This document shows, one piece after another, positions 1 to 11,900 of a stretch of 64,000 bases of DNA. Made by a program: the position numbers and the translations under genes. The stretch is from assembly GCF_006345805.1 (NCBI RefSeq), contig NC_042997.1, forward strand, positions 39,122,001 through 39,186,000. Reading direction: 5' to 3'. The notes below the pieces were generated by a model. That model was not told the DNA's origin and made no database searches. It was given only the letters and a program-made list of their open reading frames with translations. The DNA comes from Octopus sinensis. Its lineage: Eukaryota. The number at the start of each line of letters is the position of its first letter. Positions within the stretch are counted from its first letter, which is position 1.

Positions 1-470
1 TACATTGTTTGAGGGGAGTGTCTTTTGTACATGATCTGGAAACTTTGATTATTCCATAAGATCCACTCTCAGCTGCGACAGGTTGTGGAAAGTAGGCATA
101 ATGGTCGTTGAAGTTTCAGTAAACTGCACTTCTCTCCGAGAAAAGTGATGGCCTCTTTCCTTGGATGGTATTTACTGGACTAAATGTCTATCGATATACC
201 CCTCTCCAATCACCTTGTGTACCTGATCATGTCGTCAGCATGAATATGGCGGAAGTTGTTCTCTGCACATTTTCACTGTTTATTGCTCTTGATCATCTGC
301 CACATACAAAAACTATCTTCCCAGTTAGCCTTCCTTTGATATTGCTGCACCTCTTATGTGTCCATAGCTTACACTGGGTACATCTTAGAGAGTTTCTACC
401 AACGCCTTTTCTACAGATCGAGCAGGGCCATCTACCTGAAGGGATTTGTGGTTTGCCTGCCTTCCTACTT
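1..470 (-). mobile_element. RTE-X-like LINE fragment (RT-associated Cys/His finger region), degenerate
   Basis: Minus-strand translation SGRWPCSICRKGVGRNSLRCTQCKLWTHKRCSNIKGRLTGKIVFVCGR (ORF 293..541). The same module recurs at about 32150-32600 (+) and 50830-51180 (-). Confidence 0.8.
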
Positions 471-474
471 ATTA

Positions 475-1200
475 GGGCAACTGCTGAAGAGATGTTGAAG
501 GAACCTTCTTTCAGTACAAAAGCGACAAGGTAGTACCTCACACTTTCCCTACGTGTGAAGAATTGTTGGACTTAGTAAAGGGTTATAGACAGCCTAGATG
601 AGAAATCTGATGCACTGGATGCCAGCCCGCGAGAGATCTCACCTGCATATTGGCCTACCTTCAGGCTCCTTGTTGACAGATTCCCACCATCCTGCTAGCC
701 CTTGCTTCCACTAGGCGTGAACGAACTTATTCTTGGAGGAGCCCTCTACCATAACCGTTCCTCTGCCACCTGCAACTGTTTAGCAGCACTCCACTTCCTA
801 CCTGTGCAAACTTCAATGCCATCTTCTGCTACTTTGGTGTCCTTGGAATCTCTGTACTTCATGATTTCTTTCGTTTTTGATACAACAAACTCCTCTGGCC
901 GGCCGCTGAACTGTAGTCGCAAGCTGTTGGTTGACCCCTGATCTGTCACCTCAGAGTTACATCCTATAATGATAGGGGCCACAAAGTCCTGAGCAGGATG
1001 ACATACTGGTGTACTTAAACTTGGAAGCGACCAGGCAATCTAGTGTTATCAACCTTAATGATTCAGCCAGTTCTCAAAGATTTTGCTGGTTCTGCAACTA
1101 GAAACTGTCCTTCAGGCTGCTGTCAGAGGGTTTCTCCTAACTCTTGACTGGTTGTTCTGTTAAAGTTAGGTTGGCAGAGTCAAATGTAAAACTTTTCCAC
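475..1200 (-). mobile_element. HERO-like (R2-superclade) non-LTR retrotransposon fragment, degenerate
   Basis: Minus-strand peptides EEFVVSKTKEIMKYRDSKDTKVAEDGIEVCTGRKW, IRFLI*AVYNPLLSPTILHT*GK and FLQHLFSSCP match, from memory, the post-RT and CCHC region of HERO-type elements. Stops and frameshifts are present. Confidence 0.6.
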
Positions 1201-1298
1201 CACTTCCTTTTTTTTACAGTGCAAGAGGCCTTGACTTTGATGAATTGAAGCTTATCCTATATCCACATATGAGTATGTGTATATAATATTAATGTGCG

Positions 1299-1339
<41 letters not shown>

Positions 1340-1347
<8 letters not shown>

Positions 1348-1465
1348 CAGGGCAAGACTGCTAGGTAGTCGGCCGTATGCTAGAAATAGATCATCAACGA
1401 TCGATCGTTGATGATCTATTTCTAGCATACGGCCGACTACCTAGCAGTCTTGCCCTGCCAATATA
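1340..1465. repeat. Perfect spacer-less palindrome, 63-bp arms
   Basis: 1340-1402 is the exact reverse complement of 1403-1465. The centre reads caacGATC|GATCgttg and the palindrome follows a (TA)n run. Confidence 0.95.
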
Positions 1466-1610
1466 CACATATATTAGAATTTTCTCTGATTTCTCAGATT
1501 TTTGTATGCTAGACTACTGGTTTTAAATTGATATTAAAATTAATATTAATTTATCTCCCTCATTATTTATATATATATATATATATATACATACATACAC
1601 ACACACAAAC

Positions 1611-1660
<50 letters not shown>

Positions 1661-1683
1661 CACATACACACAAACATGTATAT

Positions 1684-1852
1684 AGGCGCAGGCGTGGCTG
1701 TGTAGTAAGAGGCTTGCTCCCAACCACATGGTTCCGGGTTCAATACCACAGCGTGACACTTTCTACTATAGTATCGGACCGACCAAAGCCTCGTGAGTGG
1801 ATTTGGTAGACGGAAACTGAAAGAAGCCCGTTGTGTGTGTGTGTGTGTGTGT

Positions 1853-1888
<36 letters not shown>

Positions 1889-2585
1889 TGTGTGTGTGTG
1901 TGTGTTTGTCCCCCACCAATACCATCGACTGGTAACCGATGTGGTTAATTAGCGGTTCGGCAAAATCCCTGTAAATTAGCGGTTCGGCAAAATCCCCGAT
2001 AGAATAAGTACTAGGCTTACAAAGAATAAGTTCTGGGATCTTTTCGGTTTGAACGGCAGTTTTTAACATAATTTCTAGGTAGCTAAAAAATTTTAAACTT
2101 CGTATACTGGTAGAATGTGTTTATAAAACATCTTTTTCTCTTGGATTTATTGAGAAAATTCCATAGTTTGTAATATATTTGTTGGTTTTGTTTTTTCTTC
2201 AATTTCTGCAATTTCAACCAATCAATGACGTCTATTGAGTTGAAAACATTCTGTGCCGTATGAATATGTCCCTCGTTTAAGAAACAGATTGGGTTTATTT
2301 ACATTTCTGAAGAAAAAAAAGATACCTTCCCCCCACCCCTAACCCTAACCCTAACTAACCCTAATCCTAACTAACCCTAACCCTAAAACAGATTGAACTG
2401 CAATAGATCGATACTAGGGTCATAATTATGGGTGACAATTTCATATGACACCGCTAGAAAAAACTGCCGTTGAAACCGAAAAGATCCAAGTTCTGGGGTC
2501 GATTTCTTCAATTAACAGCCTTTAAGGTGGTGCTCCAGCATGGCTGCAGTCAAATGACTGAAACAAATATAAGAATAAAAGAATA
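1684..2585 (+). mobile_element. SINE family A copy, interrupted by a DNA transposon at 2036-2487
   Basis: Head aggcgcaggcgtggctgtgtagtaag, body gtgagtggatttggtagacggaaactgaaagaagcccg, tail ggtgctccagcatggctgcagtcaaatgactgaaac. Confidence 0.9.
2036..2487. mobile_element. Non-autonomous DNA transposon, 29-bp TIRs, 8-bp TSD, internal (CCCTAA)n
   Basis: TIR ggatcttttcggtttgaacggcagttttt and its inverse have 1 mismatch. TSD aagttctg lies at 2028-2035 and 2488-2495. Removing the element restores the host SINE sequence. Confidence 0.9.
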
Positions 2586-2856
2586 TGTGAATACGTAAGT
2601 ACATCAAATGACAGTCATTCAAAGGGCAACTACTTAGCCAAGAACAGAAATAAAGACCCTCAAAAACGTAATAGTCTGCAGTGGTCATAAAAATCATTTA
2701 ATAAATTAGACAGGATAGAATATGCTCGTGTGTCGTAAAATGTCAATTCTGCAGTTTTATAGCAGACGTTTTCTGCTTGAAGAAAGGTTAAAAACCACAA
2801 GACAATTCGTCTGTTTTTCATCTGAATTTATTAAGTTACGTCCCTTGGATTTATCT

Positions 2857-2865
2857 TTTTCGCGC
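2857..2865 (+). promoter_or_regulatory. E2F-type site TTTTCGCGC upstream of the RFC2 ATG
   Basis: Matches TTTSSCGC about 20 nt before the start codon. RFC subunits are established S-phase/E2F targets in animals. Confidence 0.6.
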
Positions 2866-2883
2866 GTTAATCAAGTTGTAAAT

Positions 2884-2969
2884 ATGGCGGGCGAAGAAGA
2901 AATGATTGTTGACCCTCCTGAGAAGAATACGACTCAGCCCAAAAAATCTGGTGGTTTCGAGTTACCATG
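2884..2969 (+). CDS. RFC2: RFC2 exon 1 ([29 protein letters not shown], split codon)
   Basis: ATG at 2884; donor tg|gtaagt at 2970. Confidence 0.93.
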
Positions 2970-5900
2970 GTAAGTTACAGCTCATTGTTATTTTCGTTAC
3001 TTTATTTTAAAATATTTAATACTATATTTGGTTGATAGATTTGATTGAAAATGCGTCGATACGTATTGTTTTGCTTTAAGTTCTTTGCTCTCAATCAACA
3101 GGATTCGATTCTAGGAAATGTTTTGGATATAAATTTAACATACGAATTTTTCATGTATTATCGGCAGATACTTGCAGTAGTACTGATGTCATATAAGGGT
3201 TTAACTACAGATTTAGAAGAGAACAAATATGAGATTAGGGATTTAATTCTATCTTCAATCTTCTCGTAAATTTTTCTTTCTTGATCGGCGAATAATTTAT
3301 TTTTTGGAAAATAATTGATAAATAATATATTTATATTAGCCATCTGGGCGATGTTTCGCATGTCGTACAACCGAAACGTTGCCGCCATCTGTTGTTCATA
3401 TATATGGTCTGGAATCGTTTTAGATTAAATAAAGCTTTAGATTCGCTGCAAAGTTAGGAGTTTAGTAAATTACTTGTGTGGTAAGTAGCTTGCTATAGCC
3501 CCGGGCCGACCAATGCCTTGTGAGTCTGCTATAAACTGAAAGAAGCCTGTCGTATATATGTCCTGAGCGCCTAATAATAATAATACTGTAATTGTTCCAC
3601 GTGTTGTTGTTTTTTCTGTTTTCCCGTTTGGATTAACCTTATATATATATATGCGTGGGTGTGTTTGTGTTTGTCGCCCTAGCATTGCTTGACAACCGAT
3701 GCTGGTGTGTTTACGTCCCCGTCACTTAGCGGTTCGGCAAAAGAGACCGATAGAATAAGTACTGGGCTTACAAAGAATAAGTCCCGGGGTCGATTTGCTC
3801 GACTAAAGGCGGTGCTCCAGCATGGCCGCAGTCAAATGACTGAAACAAGTAAAAGAGTATCAGTGTTTTGTGTCCGTTCTGTTGTGTACTTCAGAATTAG
3901 TTACTACCACAAATACGTTTTAATATGCAAATTGATATATCCGATTTACTTCTGTAATTAGTTGGTTTAATCGCGGAGAACAGTTAAAGAGGCTTTTTTT
4001 ATCGATGTCTATTAAATACAGTGTTGCATACAAAATCTTGTTATATTCAGGGTACTACTTAAGAAGAGTGGTCCCGGTGCCCGTACTCGTGCATCCGCGC
4101 TAGCTAGTCGTGACTAGTCGATCCTACAACGACTACCTAGCAAAGTAAATAAAACACAAAATAAATAATTTTGTACGCGAGTGCGCGCACCGGGACCACT
4201 CTTCTTAAATAGTACCTATATTCAGTGGTACGTAATAACATTAGGTTACGCTTTTTGAGTACTGAACTTCTGAAGCCAAACTTGCTAAAAAAATTTTTTT
4301 TTAAACTGTAAAGTGTCTGTATTCCCCTGTAGAATTTCTACTCACTTTTTTTGGTTTCTTGCACTGTTAAAATAAGGAGTAGCAGTGGCAAATTTCAGGA
4401 AGCATGAAATTTTTTAAGGATGCATAACAGCCAAGAACTGCCATGGGTAATTTATTCAATACTTCAACAATTCTGAGTGTGAAAAGAATGTTTCTGAAAG
4501 TCATGGATGCTGCACTGTTTTCTGATTATCCACTGATAATATTGAATTCAAGGAGATGGTCAGAATTGCTATCAGCAGATTGTGTCTAGATATTTAAAAG
4601 CAAAGGTGGTCCCAAAATATTTAATTCACAAGTTTTTGTTTACCCTTACAAGATCACCTAAATAATTATAACTGAAAAATTCCTTCAAATCATCATCATC
4701 ATGCTTTAGGGTCCACTTTCCATGCTAGCATGGGTTGGACGGTTCAACTGGGGTCTGGGAAGCCAGAAGGCTGCATTGGCCCAGTCTGATCTGGCAGTGT
4801 TTCTACGGCTGGATGCCCTTCCTAACACCAACCACTCCGTGAGTGTAGTGGGTGCTTTTTACGTGCCAAATTCTTGCTTTTCAAATTTAATTGAAGTGTA
4901 TGTTTATCAATGTCCTTATCATAAATATAGATTCATTCATATTTGTATCTTACTTTATACACTAACAATAACATTCTTCTTCTTTATTTAGGGTAGAGAA
5001 GTATCGTCCAATTCTGCTAAAAGATATCATCGGAAATGAAGAGACTGTAACCCGTCTTGAAATTTTTGCCAAAGAAGGCAATGTTCCTAATGTTATAATA
5101 GCAGTAAGTTTAAACATTTTACAAACAATTATTATGCTATTATTTTCAATATCTTTTTATTGTTTATTATACATCCCTGTCATTATGCTACCAAAATTAA
5201 TTAGATCAGCCAACATTTAAGAAAAGACTCTTAACATTAGTTTCATAAAGAGAGTCATGGATCATCAGAATCATTAGAACATTGAAGGAACTTAGTTCAA
5301 GTCCTTTGTATTCTGAACTCAAGTCAATAAAATGAAGTACTTGTAAAGTACTGGGATCTATTTAACCCTTTCATTACCAACCTGGCTGAAACCGGCTCTG
5401 GCTCTGAGTACAAATGTCTTGTTTTCATAAGTTTTAAATTAAAATCTCCCACCAAACCTTAGTCACAATTTATGTTCCTAACACTAGCTGAATGATAATT
5501 AAGTTATTTTACTAAATTCTTTGTTATCATCATCATCATCATCATCATCATTGTTTAACGTCCATTCTCCATGCTAGCATGGGTTGGACAGTTCGACCGG
5601 GGATCTGGGAAGCCAGAAGGCTGCACCAGGCTCCAGTCTTATCTGGCAATGTTTCTACAGCTGGATGCCCTTCCTAATGCCAACCACTCCGTGAGTGTAG
5701 TGGGTGTTTTTTACATGCCACCCACACAGGTGCCAGGCGAGGCTGGCAACGGCCACGGTCGGATTGGTGCATTTTACGTGCCACCGGCACGGAAACCAGT
5801 CGAGGCGGCATTGGCTTCGTTATATTTAAAGTAATTGAAAGAAACACAGAGCAACTCAAAATAAATGCAGTAACGAAAGGGTTAATCAGCTATCCTGTCA

Positions 5901-8900
5901 CTCCCAAAACTATTGCTTTTTACCAGTGTTTGAAATTGTTAGTTTCATAAGAAACGTATTTTTGTTGTTCCCTGCTAGTGTATTTATGGTAATTTTCATT
6001 TGTTGATTTCAGGGTCCTCCAGGAACAGGAAAAACCACAAGTATCCTCTGCCTGGCACGAGCTCTGCTTGGATCATCATTTAAAGATGCTGTTTTAGAAC
6101 TTAATGCCTCTAATGACAGGTTTGAAATGAACAGATATTCCCATTCTAGTGTCTAGATCAGTGCTTTTCAAACTTTTTGCTGAAGCGGAACCCCAAGGAA
6201 ACATTCCACTGGCTCGAGGAACCCCTGTGCAATAATTTAATAGTCTTATGCACACATATCTGCACAGGAGAATTAAAAATTACTGCCGATTTTAGCAGTT
6301 TTGTAACTTCTTGAGGAACCCCTAGACTGTACTGGCAGAACCCTGGTTGAAAACCACTGGTCTAGATTGAGTGCAAGTGACAAATATGTGTGGAAGGTGA
6401 AGAGGAATGAAGGGCGGTTTCGTTTCCATAGTATGTGTTGTTCATCATTATCATCATCATCATTGTTTAATGTCCATTTTCCATGCTGGCATGGGTTATA
6501 AATGAAAATGAGTTGTTAATGTACAGAAGGAAGAATTGAAAAGATATAAGTCTGCTTTGGGGTACTTCAGAGTTGAAGGAATGTGAGTTGAGTAGAATAC
6601 CATTTAAGTGGGCTACGGGAACAATGTGACAAGAGACTGCTGACCCAAGAAATGAGAGGCAGTTGTTGCCCACAGGTGGGTACCAAGAGCATGAAATTGC
6701 TAGAGTATGATTGAATGATTTGATGCTAGTGATTTAGTATAGTTGATTGTACATTGAACCTTTTTTTAGCGATAGTGCTTTTTGGCACTACAGGCAAAGA
6801 GAGAGGAGAGAAAAACATTAAAATGTATTAAACGACCCTCATTGCTACAAACACTTCACTTTACATATGCATCATGAAAAAACAAAAAGAGAGAGAACTT
6901 GTTTGTAGCAATTGGGCTTATTTATTACATCTTAATGTTTAACTCTTTCTCCAAATCTACTCACAATGCTAAAATTTAAATCCACTGTCCATTCTTTGTC
7001 AAAAATTTATAGAAATCCATTATGAAATTTTCTTTCTTTTCCATATTTCCTCAATATTTCAATAACTATCATATACGCAAAGGGAAGCAGAAAGTTTAAG
7101 GAAGTTTAGTAGTTGTGATTACAAATTACTTTCAACTAGCATAAAAACAAAATTTACATGATACCAAAAGGTCCTGGGAACTTAGTGCCTAATATCAGAT
7201 AAATCAATGTTGAAAACGATTTATTGTTTTACTTGTTTCAGTTATTAAACTGTGGTCATACTGGGGCACCATCTTGAAGAATTTTGGTCGAATGAATCAA
7301 CCCTTGTACTCATTATACCAAATGAAAGTTGCAGTAAAATGATAGAAAAGCATATTGTGTATGGTGATGATACATACACACATGCATATGTGTGTGTTGT
7401 CATTTAATGTTTGGTAGAGATAAAAAAAAAACACCACTTGAGCATGGCCATTGTCAGTACCGCCTGACTGGCCCTCGTGCCGGTGGCACGTAAAAGCACC
7501 CACTACACTCTCGGAGTGGTTGGCATTAGGAAGGGCATCAAGCTGTAGAAACTCTGCCAGATCAAGATTGGAGCCTGGTGCAGCCATTTGGTTTGCCAGT
7601 CCTCAGTCAAATCATCCAACCCATGCTAGCATGGAAAGCGGACGTTAAATGATGATGATGATACACAACAGGCCTCTCTTAGTTTCCATCTACCTAATCC
7701 ACTCACAAGGCTTTGGTCAGCCCAAGGTTATAGTAGAACACACATGCCCGGGGTGTCACATAGTGGGACTGAACTTAGAACCATGTGATTTGGAAGCAAG
7801 CTCCACTAACCAAAATATAAACCATTCCTGTCATGCAAGCATACAAAATAATGTATGTGAAATCATAATAACACAGTTTAAGACCAATATGGTTTGTGTG
7901 TGTGTGTGTGTGTGTGTATTTATTTATATGCATTTGTTCTAAATATCCCTTTTTGTCTTTTTCTTTTAGGGGCATTGATGTTGTTCGCAACAAAATAAAG
8001 ATGTTTGCTCAACAGAAAGTAACTTTACCGAAGGGAAGACACAAGATAATTATTTTAGATGAAGCAGACAGGTAAATAATCTTTGTCATTAAAACAAATA
8101 TTTGCATCTCTCACTTCTTTATTTTATTGAAATCTTATCTCATCATTGTTTTCATAACCATCATCTCCCTTGGCAACATCATGATCTATTTTTCCCTGTC
8201 AAGATATGATAGACATTTCTCATTGGTTTCTTTGATGCCTGTTGCTTTTATCCTGGTGTAGCTGTGTATCTACTCTACAGCAAGATACCTGTTTCTGTCT
8301 GTCTGTCTGTCACATTTTAGCCTCATCACCTGGCACACAGTGTCCCCAAAGTCCATCCCCTCCTCACCGTGGTGGGGACGCTGGCAATGGGTAGTGTCAG
8401 TGCTATGCCGTCGGGAACTTCGGTTCCTGGTAAGGCCACCCAAGGCGGATTGGTCTGACACCGAGTGGTATTAGGGCCACAACCTAGCAGACGGGGCTCT
8501 GGTGAAAATCCTCAGAGTGTCTGTTTTGCCAACCGGCGGCTCCTCGGTCGTTCTGTCCCTGCGTCTGTAGACAATCTGCGGCAAACAGGATGTCTCAGCA
8601 TGCGGGATTGTTGGGGACCGCTTGTGAAATCCACATATTCCCACGAAACTTCTTCTGGTAGAAGAAGCCGACTCAACCCGCCCAGGGTGAATGTTGCCAC
8701 AAGTACAAATAAGTATGCAGCTACCTCCCCGAACACTACAACTCCTCAGTGAAAGGGTCTTGTCTTGTAAGTTGCACCTAAATAGCATCCAGTACATTCT
8801 ATAAAGTGACAGGCATTAGGAGGTGCATCCAGCTGTAGAAACCTTGCCAAAACAAACAGTTGAGCTTAGCACAGTTCTCTTACTGACCAGGTCCTGCTGA

Positions 8901-11900
8901 ACCAGCCAGTTCATACCTACAGGCAAAACAAGCATTAAATGGTGATGATAATGAGCTTTTTCATTCATTTGTGATGTTATGCATCAAGGTCACTGAATTC
9001 AATATAATTCCGTTTCTTTATTGCCCACAAGGGGCTAAACACAGAGGGGACAGACAAACGGATTAAGTCGATTACATCGATCCCAGTGCGTAACTGGTAC
9101 TTAATTTATCGACCACGAAAGGATGAAAGGCAAAGTCGACCTCGGCGGTATTTGAACTCAGAACGTAGCGAGGGACGAAATACGGCTACGCATTTCGCCC
9201 GGCATGCTAACGGTTCTGCCAGCTCGCCGCCATATAATTCATAACGTAATAAGTATATTATTGTGAAAGGGGAGACTCTTGTTTTAATAGTCTTTTGCTA
9301 TACTTTGATGTTTGCTCGTATATTAGCCTATAACCCTTGGATGAAATAAACAGGATCAAACACATTGATTGTATTGTAGACTCATTCAATACATGCCAAA
9401 TGAAAGTTACAGTAAGAATGATAGAAAAGCATATTGTGTATGGTGATGATATATACACACATGCATGTGTCTGTGTTGTCATTCAATGTTTGTTAGAGAT
9501 AAAAAAAACCACCACTTGCGCGTGGCCATTGCCAGTGCTGCCTGACTGACCCTCGTGCCAGTAGCACGTAAAAGCACCCACTACACTATCGGAGTGATTG
9601 GCATTAGGAAGGGCATCCAGCTGTAGAAACTCTGCCAGATCAAGATTGGAGCCTGGTGCAGCCATCTGGTTTGCCAGTCCTCAGTCAAATCATCCAACCC
9701 ATGCTAGCATGGAAAGCGGATGTTAAACGATGATGTTGATGATTTGGTTTTGTAAATATTGTAAAGTAGAAATATACTTTTGTCAATTTCTGTTACCTAT
9801 ACATGAAAAAGTACCTCATACTGAGTAAACTATGTACACTTATTGCTCTGCAACAAAAGTATTGTTCTGAAAGTTCAAATTTTGATCAAGTATTTTATTA
9901 TTTAAATTGATAATTTTGGTATCAAATTTTGGCACATGGCCTGCAAGTTAAGAGGAGGGTGATAGTCAATTACATCAACCCCAGTACTCAACTGGTACTT
10001 ATTTTATCAACCCCGAAAGGACAAAAGACAAAGTCAACCCCAGTAGCATTTTCTAAGGAGGCATAGTGGCTGAGTTCCTTTCAAGCGCTGGCCTGATGGA
10101 GAAAAGGTGGCTGAATTCCTTTTGAGTGTTGGGCCTCATGGAGGCAAAGTGGCCACGTTCCTTTCAAGTGTTGGGCTTCACAGAGGCAATGACCAAAACC
10201 TTTGGTATTATGTCGTGCTTCAGAAGACCCGTTACGCCAAGCAAAATCGCAGTCATGGCAAATATCAGTGTCACGCAAATGGCACCTGTGCCAGTGGCAC
10301 ATGAAAGCACCCATTATGCTCTCAGAGTAGTTAGCATTAGGAAAGACATCCAACCGTAGAAAACCATGCCAAATCAGGCTGGAGCCTGGCACCGCCTTCC
10401 ACTGTGCCAGCCCAGTCAAACCATCCAACCCATGCCAGCATGGACAACGGACATTAAATGATGATGATGAGCATAAAGACGAACAAAATACCACTAAACA
10501 TTTTGCCAGCTCAATGATAATATTAGAAATTTTTATTAATAATAAAATTCAAAGTCTTATGAGTGGATTTAGTAGACAGAAACTGGAAGAAATCCATTAT
10601 GTGTCTTAAGTACTTATGTCTTGACATCACATGATGGTTGTAAACAAACATCACTCTCATACAAGCAGTGTTGCTCTTCCATGAAAAATAAGTCTGGCTA
10701 TGAGGAAATATTACCTGGGAACAGGTGAGTTGGTGACAGGAAGAGCATCTGGTTATAGAAAAATTAAGCAATAATGATGATTGTTGTTCTTGCACAACAT
10801 TTGCGGTGGGTGGGACTAAAATTGTGAACATGTTTGGAGTAAGGGAAGGTTATTTATCGTTTAAAAAATATGTAATTATCGTTATGGAGAAAACAACTGA
10901 AAATATATATATTTGGATTTTAGTATGACTGATGGGGCCCAGCAAGCTTTAAGGCGTACTATGGAAATTTATTCAAAGACAACTCGATTTGCTCTTGCTT
11001 GTAATTCATCAGACAAAATAATTGGTAAGTATTTTATAAGTTTCTTTTTCATCTTTACTTATATTTTAGTTGTTTCGGTCATTTGGACTGTGGCCATACT
11101 GGGGCACTGCCTTGAAGCATTTTAATTAAACAAATCAACCCTAGTATTTGTTTGTTTTTTTTTAAGCCTGGTACTTATTTTATTAGTGTCTTAAACCAAA
11201 CACTAGATTGGGGGGGGATGTAAACAAACCAGCATTGGTTGTTAAGCAGAGGTGGGAGATAAGCACAAACACACACACACACACATATATATATGTATGT
11301 CAAGCTTCTTTCAGTTTCCATCTACCTAATCCACTCACAAGACTTTGGTCAGGTTGGAACTGTAGTAGAAGTCAGTTGTCCAGGGTACCACGCAGTGAAA
11401 CTGAACCCAGAACAATGTGTTTGGGAAGCAAACATCTTACCTCACAACCACACCTGCACCTATATTGTACACAGAGATATTATTTGTGCTCATCATATAC
11501 AGGCCAAAAACTTGGGCCAGTTCAGTAATAGACTAAACTGCCAAACATTGATTCAAGCAGTGGTTGAGTAAATAAAACTAGATTTCAATGATGTGATTGT
11601 ATATCTTTAGAATGACATTGTAGGATAGATGTGAGAAGCCTGATCTAGCTGGTTTGAACATAAAAGATAGAATATTTGGGTTTACTCTTTTACTTGTTTC
11701 AGTCATTTGACTGCGGCCATGCTGGAACACTGCCTTTAGTCGAGCAAATCGACCCCGGGACTTATTCTTTGTAAGCCCAGTACTTATTCTATCGGTCTCT
11801 TTTTGCCGAACCGCTAAGTGACGGGGACGTAAACACACCAGCATCGGTTGTCAGGCAATGCCAGGGGGACAAACACAGACACACATATATATATATATAC

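Noticed and set aside
2337-2385. Telomere or chromosome end
   Set aside because: A short degenerate CCCTAA tract lying inside a transposon with TIRs and a TSD.
2722-2883. In-frame upstream ATG giving RFC2 a 54-aa N-terminal extension
   Set aside because: The extension resembles no RFC2 I know, spans the E2F site and likely promoter, and the ATG at 2884 gives a normal-length protein. It would need 5' RACE to revive.
1434-4142. Shared 13-mer cgactacctagca between the palindrome and the 4051 MITE
   Set aside because: Matches of this length are expected by chance in 64 kb.
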